Assembly (NCBI GenBank): GCA_025786725.1
Contig: JAHLTZ010000006.1
Span: forward strand, 558,001 to 622,000
Origin: Syncephalis fuscata S228
Lineage: Eukaryota > Fungi > Zoopagomycota
Length of the DNA: 64,000 nt
Direction: 5' to 3'
Part shown: positions 50,220 through 62,659 of the stretch, one piece after another
Numbering within the stretch: the stretch's first letter is position 1
Layout: each line of letters starts with the position of its first letter
Made by a program: the position numbers and the translations under genes
The notes under the pieces: model-generated
The model's database searches: none
What the model saw: only the letters and a program-made list of their open reading frames with translations
Told to the model about the DNA's origin: nothing

Positions 50220-51375
50220 TCTTGTTTTCATAATCATACACCTTTTAGTTATTATTAAGTAAAGACACGCTTGTTGGCTATTATTTAAAGCAACTATAAT
50301 ATTTGATACTTTAACGGTTAAATTAATGCAGCTGCCTATCAAGTGTTAACTTATTATAACTCCAGTGGTAATCGACAATATGCCAGTCAACTACAACAAC
50401 GAAGAACTTGGGACGGAGTGGATGAAAAATGCTACATATTTTTTGGGTATTCCACTGCATCCATACGGTGAAATAACACCAATTACATTCGTGCAGCAAC
50501 AAAGTAAAGGTAACAACAATCCAGCACAATGTATGGTTGGCCTTCAACATCAGCTTCTATTTAATGCTGTTGTTGTGTGTATTTTCACAAGTAGACTAGG
50601 AGCTAGTCTTAAAATGCTAATAGAACGACCGCGTAACATTTCAAGATGGTTTTGCCTGATATCTCCTCTACTTGGTGTTAGCTGGGGAATATGTGTGATA
50701 ATGGCAATAGTATTTTCGCTCGTGCCATGCCGCATAGCCATTTGGTATTTGACAATTTGTCTTACCATATCGTCCATCAGTAGTAGTGCCATAATACTTC
50801 AAAAAGCATACTTGGTGCTACTTCGTCGAAGAATTGTCTTAGTTATTGGCTCTATATTGATTTTACCACAAATATCCATTTTTATTGTTACCTGGTGTTT
50901 TTGTCCTACACTTTTAGATGTTAAGCGTGGGTGCACTTTCTACTACCCATATTATCTACCGTGGATTTGGATGGCTATCGAGGCACCTAGTCAGGTGATG
51001 CTCTCGTCGATTTTTTCTTATGTATCGTATCAACAGTACAAAGTATTTGGATCGAAGGCGTGGAAGCGATTGGCTCGCGATGGTATTTTGCTTATGTGCT
51101 CAGCAATACTATGCAAGATGACATGCGGAATGATTATTGTTTCCAATGCATTTGGAGATGTATCAGAACTATTTGTTATTCTTGACTGGTAAGTTTATTA
51201 AAAAGCGCGCATTTGACCATCTACTTATACAACTGTAATCAGGGTAATATCAGCAACAATTTTAGTACATCATTGTAATACTATGCGACAAACTAGCTCA
51301 GTAGTGTACCAGCCAAAAACCATGTATATTCTGCATCTTTCACAAATAGCCACCGCTAACTGCTTAAATGAAAAC
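50220..51375. repeat. Direct repeat C, copy 1 (~1.15 kb, contains the 7TM gene)
   Basis: Near-identical to 54182..55331. Confidence 0.95.
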
Positions 51376-51384
51376 GTTGTTTAG
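50380..51384 (+). CDS. Multi-pass (about 7 TM) GPCR-like membrane protein, copy 1; one intron 51189..51242
   Basis: About seven hydrophobic segments, with Cys in presumed extracellular loops (VPCR, KRGC). Splicing gives ...ILDWVISATILV...ENVV*. Confidence 0.75.
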
Positions 51385-51588
51385 TTCAATTTTAATAGCA
51401 GTTTTAAATAAAGTTTTATTATTATCAAGTGTTCAACCAAATTACCAGCCTCAGTTTTAAAATAGAAAGTAATGGCATCAAAAATTAATTCGTATTGATC
51501 TACATAAACCTGTTATTACTAATTATTGCATTAGCTACTGAACCGCATCATTAGTTGCGTCATTTTTTATTTTTGTAAAATTGCTACA

Positions 51589-52920
51589 ATGGTATCAGCG
51601 CGAGTATTAGTAGTTTTTCCGTTGCCACAAGCGGCGCAAGCAATACTAGAAAAGCATGCAAAGTTTGTAGTAGCATTCAGCTAAATATAAAACTGACGCA
51701 CTGGTTACAGAGACTACAACTGGGAACTAGTGCAATGTAAAGGCCAAATGGCAATGTCCGAAGAAGAAGTGGCGGAAGCAGCACCACCTGGTAAGATCGG
51801 ACTAAATACATTCAAATAAACTAAAATGTCATTGCCTTCAGGTGTTGTGGGACTACTTTGCGATGTATTCAATTCAGTAGACAAAAAGTTAATAGAGTTA
51901 GCTGGTGAGTGTGATAGCTATAGTATTGTGACAATTAAATAACAACAACTAGGTACGGGATTAAAGGTTTGAATTGCTTTATTGTTTAAAAGTGCCATTT
52001 ATATAGATTTAATAGGTGATATCAACCAAAAGCGTGGGCTATGATCACATTGATCTTGAGTATGCAAAACAGTGCGGTATTCAAGTTGGCCATACACCAG
52101 ATGTGCTGACTGATGCTACGGCCGATCTGACCGTGGCATTGACACTGGCTATATGTCGCCGCTTGGGCGAGGTAAGTGTGTTAGTATAGCTATTATCAAA
52201 TAATAACAATTGTAAATGATAGGCAATTGATGCCGTGAGAAATGGAACAGTAAGTCATTTGTAATCCAACTTATTAATAGCAATTAATCTACAAGCTGAC
52301 TGCAGTGGACGACATGGGATCCAACATGGCTTCTTGGTATGCTACCTATTATAAATAGCATCTATCCTAACTATTGCCATAGGAATGGAACTTCGTGGCA
52401 AAACACTAGGCATACTTGGTATGGGGCGTATTGGTTTGGCAACAGCAAAAAGGCTGAAGGCATTTGGCATGAATCGTGTTATTTACTATAATCGCTCATC
52501 AAGTTCCTATGCAGCGGAGGTGGATGGCGAACTTGTTTCGTTTGAGCAGCTACTAAAACAATCGGATATTCTGTGTATTTGCTGCAGTCTCACTGAAAGT
52601 ACCAAGCACATGCTAGGATACGAACAATTCTGTCAGATGAAATCAACATCTATCGTTGTGAATACAGCTCGTGGTGGCATTATTGAGCAGGATGGATTGG
52701 TGCGTGCACTTGAAGAAAAGAAGATTGGTGCAGCAGGCTTGGACGTCACCACTCCCGACCATTGTCGCCCAGTCATCCCCTACTAAGTCTTAAAAATTGC
52801 ATAGTATTGCCACATATTGGTAGTGATACAACTCAAGCATTTAATGCAATGGCTGTTTTGGCAGTAGAAAACCTTTGTGCTGGTATACTTGGTCAATCAT
52901 TGAAAACGCCAGTAATTTAA
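51589..52920 (+). CDS. GRHPR: Glyoxylate/hydroxypyruvate reductase (D-2-hydroxyacid dehydrogenase), intron-rich; -1 frameshift near 52758
   Basis: [45 protein letters not shown] and (frame-corrected) LPHIGS. Confidence 0.93.
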
Positions 52921-53231
52921 TTAAAATAAAGCTTAGTCGTTATTATATTGCAAACAAGCAGTAGAACGCTTTCAGTTGATATTTTTTAATTGAGTGCCGT
53001 ACCATAGTTTATAGTTATACTTTGATGTAATCAATAACGGCTTTCTTGTTTATTTCACGCGCAGTGTTAAGTTTGATTAAAAAGTAGCTATAAATCAGTA
53101 AAAAATGTATGATAAAAAATAATGATCAACCCAGCAACAGTGAGATTGCTACTATATCTTAAAGGCTCTGACACAATTGCTCATTCAAGTGGAAAAATTA
53201 GCCGCAAAAAATGCAACTATGCAACATAATC

Positions 53232-53721
53232 ATTAAACTTCAACCCACCAGTACATAGCATTAAAATACTCAAACTATAGTTGCTCAAATAAACGAAACA
53301 AATTGTTAATTAAACACATGCGATTGCTCATCAACTCTACGTTATAATAGCTTATTATTGCCTTTATCAGTATTCTTGTTATCAATACTGCGTTCTAATG
53401 TTAATGATAATCAATACAACTTCTATAAGGCTTTCATAAAAATATTGCGTAAATATACTATATTATTCATAGTGATATGGACATATCAAAATGTATTTAA
53501 TTTTGTATTAATAAGCCATACAATGAGCAAGTACAAGTATTTGTAGAATTTTAGTCTAGACTATAGTTTGGCTGCATGGAAGAAACACGCTCTGAGAACG
53601 ACACGATATTAGCACGGATCAATACTAATTCCGGGCGGTATCTTCTGCATGGCATTATAATTACAGAGTGCCAGAAACTATACAACACGCACCAATTAAA
53701 TTCACTATTTCTTCTGTGACG
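53232..53721. repeat. Direct repeat A, copy 2
   Basis: Near-identical to 48148..48637. Confidence 0.95.
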
Positions 53722-54181
53722 TTCTGAAGTAATATAGCGTCACTTTTAGTTATCAGTAATAAAAAAACATCAACAACAAAATGTACTGCGTTTAAAATCT
53801 AGAAACTTATTTCATATCCATCGAATAAATGTTTTGTTCGTATATTTAGCATGCACCGCGTTCACATGGCATTCCGCACAACTATCTCTTTACATCTAGA
53901 AAATCGCTTCGTGTCACAGAATGCAGTATAGAAGTTGTCACGTGAGAAGCAACCGGTATTTCATTGATGCCTCGTTTTTTATGGTATTTGTGGATATCAC
54001 ACAATTCAAACGGCATGTGCATGATTGTTCATTGGCTTAGAATCCGACAACATACGCAAACTATCAAACTAAGTCCAACTCGGGGAATGGACGGTTGATG
54101 TAGCAATACTCCACCTTAGCATGCATATATCTTGGTGATAAGCATTTGACGCAATGAGAAAACCTTTGCAAACTGCTATCG

Positions 54182-55331
54182 TCTTGTTTTCATAATCATA
54201 CACCTTTTAGTTATTATTAAGTAAAGACACGCTTGTTGGCTATTATTTAAAGCAACTATAATATTTAATACTTTAACGGTTAAATTAATGCAGCTGCCTA
54301 TCAAGTGTTAACTTATTATAACTCCAGTGGTAATCGACAATATGCCAGTCAACTATAACAACGAAGAACTTGGGACGGAGTGGATGAAAAATGCTACATA
54401 TTTTTTGGGTATTCCACTGCATCCATACGGCGAAGTAAAACATGATATTGTACAGCAACAAAGTAAAGGTAACAACAATCCAGCACAATGTATGGTTGGC
54501 CTTCAACATCAGCTTCTATTTAATGCTGTTGTTGTGTGTATTTTACAAGTAGACTAGACTAGTCTTAAAATGCTAATAGAACGACCGCGTAACATTTCAA
54601 GATGGTTTTGCCTGATATCTCCTCTACTTGGTGTTAGCTGGGGAATATGTGTGATAATGGCAATAGTATTTTCGCTCGTGCCATGCCGCATAGCCATTTG
54701 GTATTTGACAATTTGTCTTACCATATCGTCCATCAGTAGTAGTGCCATAATACTTCAAAAAGCATACTTGGTGCTACTTCGTCGAAGAATTGTCTTAGTT
54801 ATTGGCTCTATATTGATTTTACCACAAATATCCATTTTTATTGTTACCTGGTGTTTTTGTCCTACACTTTTAGATGTTAAGCGTGGGTGCACTTTCTACT
54901 ACCCATATTATCTACCGTGGATTTGGATGGCTATCGAGGCACCTAGTCAGGTGATGCTCTCGTCGATTTTTTCTTATGTATCGTATCAACAGTACAAAGT
55001 ATTTGGATCGAAGGCGTGGAAGCGATTGGCTCGCGATGGTATTTTGCTTATGTGCTCAGCAATACTATGCAAGATGACATGCGGAATGATTATTGTTTCC
55101 AATGCATTTGGAGATGTATCAGAACTATTTGTTATTCTTGACTGGTAAGTTTATTAAAAAGCGCGCATTTGACCATCTACTTATACAACTGTAATCAGGG
55201 TAATATCAGCAACAATTTTAGTACATCATTGTAATACTACGCGACAAACTAGTACAGTAGAGTATCAGCCAAAAACCATGTATATTCTGCATCTTTCACA
55301 AATAGCCACCGCCAATTCTTTAAATGAAAAC
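54182..55331. repeat. Direct repeat C, copy 2
   Basis: Near-identical to 50220..51375. Confidence 0.95.
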
Positions 55332-55343
55332 CAAAATCATTGA
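54342..55343 (+). CDS. 7TM GPCR-like protein, copy 2 (three clustered -1 deletions at ~54545-54560 create a TAG)
   Basis: Identical to copy 1 over most of the TM region. Differs at GEVKHDIVQ versus GEITPITFVQ and at the C-terminus. Confidence 0.72.
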
Positions 55344-56857
55344 TATAATTATAATAAGTTTACAATAGAAGTAAAAACAATTTATATATAGAAATTAATA
55401 AACATTAATTTGGTATTAATAGCCACTATATCAGCTATTGAATCATATGATTAATTATAGCATTTTTGTAAAAATTGTTGTTTTAGCACTAAAATTGTAT
55501 ATCAATAATATTAGCTATATAGAAAGCACTATTATAAGTTAAGCAATAAGTAATATTTCTAATTTTATTTTGCATGAAAAATAGTTGTATGTTTGATTAA
55601 ATTAATTTATCAATTTCTTTTATTAAAAAAATATATCTAAATGTCTACCAAACTATTTAAAAAAAGTATATTTACTAGTATTAAAAAACTGAAAGCTGTT
55701 GTTGACGAGTTTAAGCTTGTCAACGATTACAATCTTAAGCGAAAAAGCGATTCAACAAAATTACACTTATTTGTCCTCGTGAGAACCGTTCCAACAACAA
55801 ATGTCAGTTTGTTTTGACTGCCAGAAAGTAGAAAACTGGCATATTAAATATTATCCCGTACAATATTAAATATTTTAATGCTTTTTCATATGATTCTGGT
55901 AATGATAATATTAAATTTATTAATAAAATGATGTAGCACCGACCAAGTAACTAAAGGAGGAAAAAAATAGAAATAATAGGTTAGTCAAATGTTTTAATAC
56001 CAATTTAATAAATAATATTACTAGTATCAAATGACTTAAATTTATAACAATAGCTTAAATTGGCATATTTATAACAAAAGTTATTTTTATTATTATTTGA
56101 GTAACAGTATTGTGTATTTATAATATTGTTGAATAATAAAAGTTACAAAAGCTAAAAATTTCTGATGGAAAAAAAGTTAATCACAACAAATGCAATGAGT
56201 TTTAATTTAAAACTTTGCTTATTTACATAATTTAATTAATCGTAGCAATATTAACAGCAATACCAATCGTTTTTTATTTTTTAAAAGACTTCCAATGATA
56301 TACTTGTGGTGAATACAACTTGAAAAATATAATACAAAAATATGTCATGTAAAAACTAGCGCTAATAGTATTGAAACAGTAGTTGATGTTGAAATAAAGG
56401 TTTTTAGTAAAAAAACAGATACAAACTACTAATGAAACAGCTATAAAAAGAAAACATGCCATTAACGAGTATCTAATCTGTAGTAAAGTCATTACAAAAA
56501 AACCCGAAGTGTGGGGCAAACAAAAAATGATTTTATTAATAAATAGTGTTTAAAATGTAAAATTTAAAAACGGGACATTTTTTAAAATTCACCTTATTTT
56601 TACGTACACATGTTTTTAATAGCTGTTATATTCTATTGCTTTAAACATCATCGCTTAGTGCATTATGTTTAATTATTGCTATAAAGCATCATCGATTTAT
56701 GCTAAGTAAGGCCATTCTTATAAATAATCTAATTAAATGAGATTTTATAATATAAAAGCGTTTATTCATATACTTATTTAAAGCATTACGACGTAAAATC
56801 CATATTATAGTAGTATAGGCGAAATAGCTAGTGTAACGATTCTAGCTATTACCATGT

Positions 56858-58033
56858 TTAATATTCACTATAATTGTCATTAGACTTATTGTTTTTGTCC
56901 TTTTTCTTATTTTTATCCTTCTTTTCTTTCTTATGCTTCTTATTTTTCTTGTCGTCTTTTTCTTTTTGTGGTTGAGAGGTTGATGTCGATGTTGGCATAG
57001 ATACAGATCCATAGGTAGCAGTGGGATTGGTAGATGTGGTGGAAGCGGTAGGAACAGCGGTGCCATAAGTTGTACTACTAGTTGATCCAGGTACTGTGAT
57101 GGTGGTGTTGGATGATCCGTTATTTGAGCCAGCGTCTCCATTAATAGGAATTACGTAATTTTCACCATTTACATAAGGATATTTTGCTTCGCTGTCGCCT
57201 TTAACACCGATACCAGGATTTTCGCTTGTTGCTACAAATACTGTTTTAACACTATCGTCTTGATGAGCAGCATCATCGTTGTAAAAACGATCCCATGGGA
57301 TCTTGGCTGGTGGCATCTTGGCAGGCTTGTGTCCGTTACATGCTTCACCAACTACTGTACCATCGCGAGTAGCCTTGGCTCCAGCTGGGATAGTAACAAC
57401 TTTGCGATTGAAAAAGTGTTCTTTGCCATCCTTCTTGCCATCGGTACGGGCCCATTCGGGAATCTTTGGCTTGCCAGATAACTGACCAACAAATAGCTCG
57501 GGACCAGTAAGACTGCCTGTATCACTGCCACCGTTGATTTCAATATCGGCGCAGTTCATGTAATATTCACGGTTACCCTCTGCGTTCATCCAGCCCCAAC
57601 CAAACAGTGCAGGTCCGTTCTTGGCGCCCTTAGGCAATGGGATGTTATAGACCCATGGTGCCTTGTCCATAAAACACAGTTCTATGATAGTTTTGAGTAC
57701 GACCCAGTTTTGACCATTGTCGTAAGAAATTGCAAACTGACAATGTCCACCTCGGTGCGAGTTACCAGTCTTGAACATTACAGCAAATGACTTGCCGGCC
57801 GTGTACTTGGCCATAGCTGGACCTTTCTTTTGGTAACGGCAAGGAAACTTTCCAGGATAATCGGCCGAATTTAATGGTGCATTAAGATCGTAGTCGGCAA
57901 TTCCAAAGTACTGCTTCTTAATACGGGGTTCGCCACGAACAATTGGCGCAAACAATTTCATGTGGCCAGCCACATTTTGCAATGTACTAAGACCAAGCAC
58001 GGTCACAGCAGCGATTCTTGCCCACGACACCAT
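56858..58033 (-). CDS. AA11-like LPMO, copy 3, with Ser/Thr linker and Lys-rich C-terminal tail (391 aa)
   Basis: Signal peptide plus His1 (VAG|HMKL), SHRGGHCQFAISYD and WGWMNAEGNREYYMNC. Clear paralog of copies 1 and 2. Confidence 0.87.
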   Translation of the reverse strand: MVSWARIAAVTVLGLSTLQNVAGHMKLFAPIVRGEPRIKKQYFGIADYDLNAPLNSADYPGKFPCRYQKKGPAMAKYTAGKSFAVMFKTGNSHRGGHCQFAISYDNGQNWVVLKTIIELCFMDKAPWVYNIPLPKGAKNGPALFGWGWMNAEGNREYYMNCADIEINGGSDTGSLTGPELFVGQLSGKPKIPEWARTDGKKDGKEHFFNRKVVTIPAGAKATRDGTVVGEACNGHKPAKMPPAKIPWDRFYNDDAAHQDDSVKTVFVATSENPGIGVKGDSEAKYPYVNGENYVIPINGDAGSNNGSSNTTITVPGSTSSTTYGTAVPTASTTSTNPTATYGSVSMPTSTSTSQPQKEKDDKKNKKHKKEKKDKNKKKDKNNKSNDNYSEY

Positions 58034-60030
58034 AGTTTTGTTCAGTAGCAGCAGTATGTTTAAAGTAACAAAAAATAAATTTACTAGAGTAAAAAGCGCC
58101 AGGCTTTTGTGTAGAGACTAGAGAGCAATAGTAGCACGGTTTAACAATGTAGACTTCTAGTTTTAACATCTAGTTTCTTTTCTTTTATAAGTGTATAGTT
58201 TGTACAGCTTTTAGATAGTTTTTGGTGATGATGTTCTGTGCAACTTATCCGTACTAAAACTAAATGTTTAAAACATAAAAATACCATAAATGACAATACA
58301 ATGTGTCGATCACAAATTTTTTGTCTAATGGTTTTATAATCAAAACAAGGTACTGGATTATCTAGGGATCAAAAGTACATATGTAAGAAAAATAAAGCTG
58401 ACATGCATATTAAAATAAATATTAAAGACAGCATTTCTACATTCGTTTAAATTATTTAGAAAATGCGTTTTTTAATAACATAAAACTAAGTTGATAATCT
58501 AATGTAGAATTACTAGCGCAATACCTGCCTCTACCTGAATTGACATTCAAATCACTTTTGAGGTATTGCACACGCGAAAATCTGACTGTTAAACAAGGAA
58601 ATACTATTGCCTAAAAAATTGATGGCCTATAAAAACAGTCATGGCTCGCCTTAGTTCTTGTACACAATCCAGCGCTATGATCTTGCCATGTGATAGCCTC
58701 TCATCATTTGCCATTTTAATTTGCTCAAACTTAACCACTTATCTCCCATATAATTTACATCGTTCTATTTTATTGTAATAGTTGGTAGTTTTTGTTATTT
58801 ATTCCTGTCGTGCTCTAAATTGCGTATTATAATATGTATTATGCTCGTTTATGTTTTATTAATCTACATGTTAAAATGCGTGTCGTTTTTTAGACCTTAT
58901 AATTAAGCGCTAATATATTTTATTGTATTATTATGTATTTTACGGATAATGGCGATATCATAAAATAGTTATATGTGTGCCCATTTTCAGTTAACTGATA
59001 GTAGCACACCCAACCAATATCAGTCTCTTGTATATGATTAGAGACGCCAAGCAACGGAGCTTCACTTTTTTGTTTTAAGCTATCTGCATCCTTCAGCAGC
59101 AGCTCTTACGGCTACTTTAAATTAAATATTTAAATTATGAATGTAAATACTATTAATTGTATTCATATAGCCATATTTTATTTTGTAGGACTTTTGAAAA
59201 AGGTTTAGTTTGATTGTTGATATATTAAATAAAATGGGATTTCTATTTACTATTTACTATTTATTTATAAATATAATATCTATTTATAAGTATAGCATCA
59301 ATCGTTAGTTGGCATGCAAATGGAGCATTGTACTGATGTGCTATTGTGCTATTTTGGTCCAAGCTCATGATGTACCGTATTTAGCAATTATTTATATTTG
59401 AAACGACCAATCCTATTGCAATGCGATATCATTATTATTAGAGAATTGAGTAATTTAAATTGTACCCCAGGCTCAATACTATTTTTTATTTTTTATTTAC
59501 ACGGGGAATGTACCTGCAAGTTAGTACATTGCAAGCTTTTTTCTTTCTATACTGTGCCTCGTGTTTTTGTTGAAATAGAATAAAATTACTCGCCACATGC
59601 TATGATCTCTTTAAACAGTGTATATTATCACACCATTACCCCTTTGAACAGAAGTCAGCATGTTGTTGTAACAACGAAGTATAAAGTAAGAAAATGATAA
59701 CCTGTTTCTTGCTTTGAGTATACTAATGCAGCTACACTTGCATACCATATCGTATCTATTACCCACTTCTATTTGAAATAATCAACAGTAATGCATTATA
59801 TTTACTATTTTGTATTCTACATAGTCATGCCCGATATTTTATTTTGGATCGTTGTAAAATGCATTAAAATTGAATTTTATCCAGTTGACTATAAATTCTA
59901 CAATAATTGGCTATTGTTTTTTAAAAGTCATGCTGCTTAACATCTCAATTTTCTATAACTGATAGCAATAGATAACACGGCTGGATCTTTTTTAAAATAT
60001 ACTCGTGAACAACTAAACAATACTTTCAAT

Positions 60031-61290
60031 ATGATCAAAACTGGTGCTTTTACTATTGTTGCTATTTGTGCAGCTATGGTGTTATCTAGTATTTCAATGA
60101 TTCACGCTATTGGTGGAAAAATTGGAGGTAAGCTATAAATTATGGCATTTATTAGTGTTAACAAAACATGCATCTGCTAGGTCCAGTTTTGCCTAATGGA
60201 GTCGGAAATGTATATTTAAAAGATGCAACCGTTCGAGCTAAAGTTGGATTGGCAGAAATTGACTGGACCACTTCAACCGACAGAATAGGTCTTGGTTATA
60301 CAAAATGGAAAAATCAGGATGCTTTTGTTAAATGCGTGCCTAGTAGCAATAAGCTAACAGTCGAAACCAGAGCTTTTGATGTAAGAAAATAGTTATCAGT
60401 ACAAAAGTTACGCGTTACTGACATACTATCCAGATTTTGGATGGATTTAAAACTAAAGAAAGACATATTCCAGGAAGTAATGATATTGCTCAGCCGTTAG
60501 CACGATTTGATATTCCAAAAAAACTATGGAAAATAGAAGCCAATTGCTTTGTCTACGAGCTCGTACCTGGCGATACATTAGAAAAGTTTGCCATTGGTAA
60601 AAGCTGGCAAGAAAAGGCTAGATATTTACCGCAACTATTCAAACAAGCAATGCTGGGTAAATACCCGTGCGCTTTAATGATGAAATATTAATTGCTATCA
60701 TTGAATATAGGCATGTTATATTTGCGCCGTGTAGGTATTATACACAATGATATTGCTCCTAAAAGTAAGTTTTATTAAGCTGAAGAATAATATGCTAATC
60801 ACTTGGTTTAGATATTGTTGCTGGTTTTAATTCCAAAAATGAGTTAGTGGCAAAAATTATCGATTACGATTTTGTTTAATTTGCCAAGAAAACAATAAAT
60901 TGGATTCCACCTAGAATACTTCTTAAAGCAAGTTCATATGAGCAAGTAACTGCTTGTAACGACAATAATCGTAATCTTGGTCTATCAATCTACTATGCAA
61001 TCACTGAAGCATTTCCCGGTGGTGGTATTGATGATCCAGTAGAAGACTCACTTAAAGCGCTAGAATATAACATTAAAGCAGCAGCAGCCAATAAGCCACT
61101 TACACTTGGACAGCGTTATCGGGATATGCTCAACAAAGTACCGCAATATCCCACTCATGGTGATGAACAATATGCAATTGCATTACTACCTCTTGTACAT
61201 GCCATGGTATTGTTAACTTCAAGTAAATATGACAACTGTGCGATTGCCAATGATGTGTTGGCTTTATTGGGAATAACTAATTTCAAATAA
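60031..61290 (+). CDS. Signal-peptide-bearing protein kinase-like gene (4 introns) with an in-frame TAA at 60877-60879
   Basis: Signal peptide MIKTGAFTIVAICAAMVLSSISMIHA. Kinase motifs AFVKC (VAIK-like), CFVYELVPGDTL, IIHNDIAPKNI (catalytic loop) and KIIDYD (DFG-like). The frame stays open after the stop until 61290. Confidence 0.78.
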
Positions 61291-62659
61291 ACTGAAAGTT
61301 AAAACTGGAATATAATGAATAAATTGTGTGTAATTGAATTGTTCATGCTAGTGTATTGAGCCAATTACACTGTAATAATCATGATTACATTTGCCATAAA
61401 GTAAGCCATTGATAACTTGATTTTTTTATGCGTAAGTAATTTAATACTAAAGGATATATTACCTACAATGTATTTGATTGCTGTGCAAAGATAGTTGTTC
61501 TAGATAATAGTTTAAACAGAATATTATTGCATTATTACATTTATTGTTTATTGGTGTTATAATTTATTGTATGTTAGCTGCTGATTTTATCTATTTTTAA
61601 TAAACCCATTACTTGACAGCGTTGTTTATTCTGAATCGGTACTGTAGCCAGTAATCAGCATGAAAACACATTAATGTTCATTATTTAGTGCTGACTACAA
61701 TACTGTTAACAAATCTGATATAGAGACACAAGTAGACAAATAGTGTATTAGCAATACAACACGACAAGTGTTAAAACGATCCAAAGACATGGTAATTTCT
61801 GTTATATGCGGTGTTTAACTGGACTATATGGCTTTATAAGGCCATATTAGCAACATGTAGTATAGAAAATTAGTTAGCTAATATCATTTAATGCTAATAG
61901 CTTGATGCTTGATTAGAGAATGCGTTATATTTATATATTTTTTTACCTTGGTTAAATCGTCTTTTTTACTTACTTATTTCAAGTTGTTTTATCAACTTAT
62001 TTATTGCTTTGATACAGCGCTTTGGGCAGTGTTATAAATATTACGCACACACACAAATATTCCAACCCCCACATAGTTTCTAGGCAGCATACTAATACGA
62101 AATTATTGAAAACATTCAATATAGGAAACAATAAATATTATAAATTATGGTGATATCGAAATGATATTTAATCATTGATGTTAATCCAATTTTAGTTTTT
62201 TAAATTGGAATTGATTTACATTTGCTATTCAAACTAATGACAATTATTTTGCTATAGTGTTGCGATTATAATTTATAGGTTAGAAAGACGCATCAAATCG
62301 TACGTATGTTTGCGTAGCAGTTAGCATAGACTACTTGGCAAGGCCTTGTTAATTATTAGGCCTTATTTTTCGCCTCAAGTAATTGCATAAATTAAATTAT
62401 TGCCCAGCATCTATAATCGATAGTAAGTTTGTTTTTTTTGTTATATGCAGACAAGGCGGATAACACAAGTCACTATGTGGCAGATAGAGGCGAAAGCAGT
62501 GAAAATTAACAGTGGCTAAAATCATACCTATTAGCAACATGGGTACACAAGTCCAAAGATATGAATTAATATGATTTATTTTTGGCTATTTAAATAGAAA
62601 TTGGTTTACTTTAACAGCTCGATTACTTTTCTAACATTCAAGCTTCTGTCCACTTAATA

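Noticed and set aside
49822-50241. Minus-strand ORFs with faint similarity to the 7TM family (QK..LRR..LPQ)
   Set aside because: The homologous block at ~53770-54181 does not keep the frame; more likely conserved upstream sequence.
58500-59800. Possible decayed gene fragments between LPMO copy 3 and the kinase
   Set aside because: I could not recover a consistent frame or a match to families in the window.
32294-61290. Stop-codon reassignment or A-to-I rescue of the in-frame stops
   Set aside because: All three stop types occur, not all at Trp positions. Conserved genes end normally at standard stops and have no internal stops apart from those caused by frameshifts.
61640-61703. Weak inverted repeat (tactgtagccagta / tgctgactacaata)
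   Set aside because: Short, with several mismatches; compatible with chance in AT-rich DNA.
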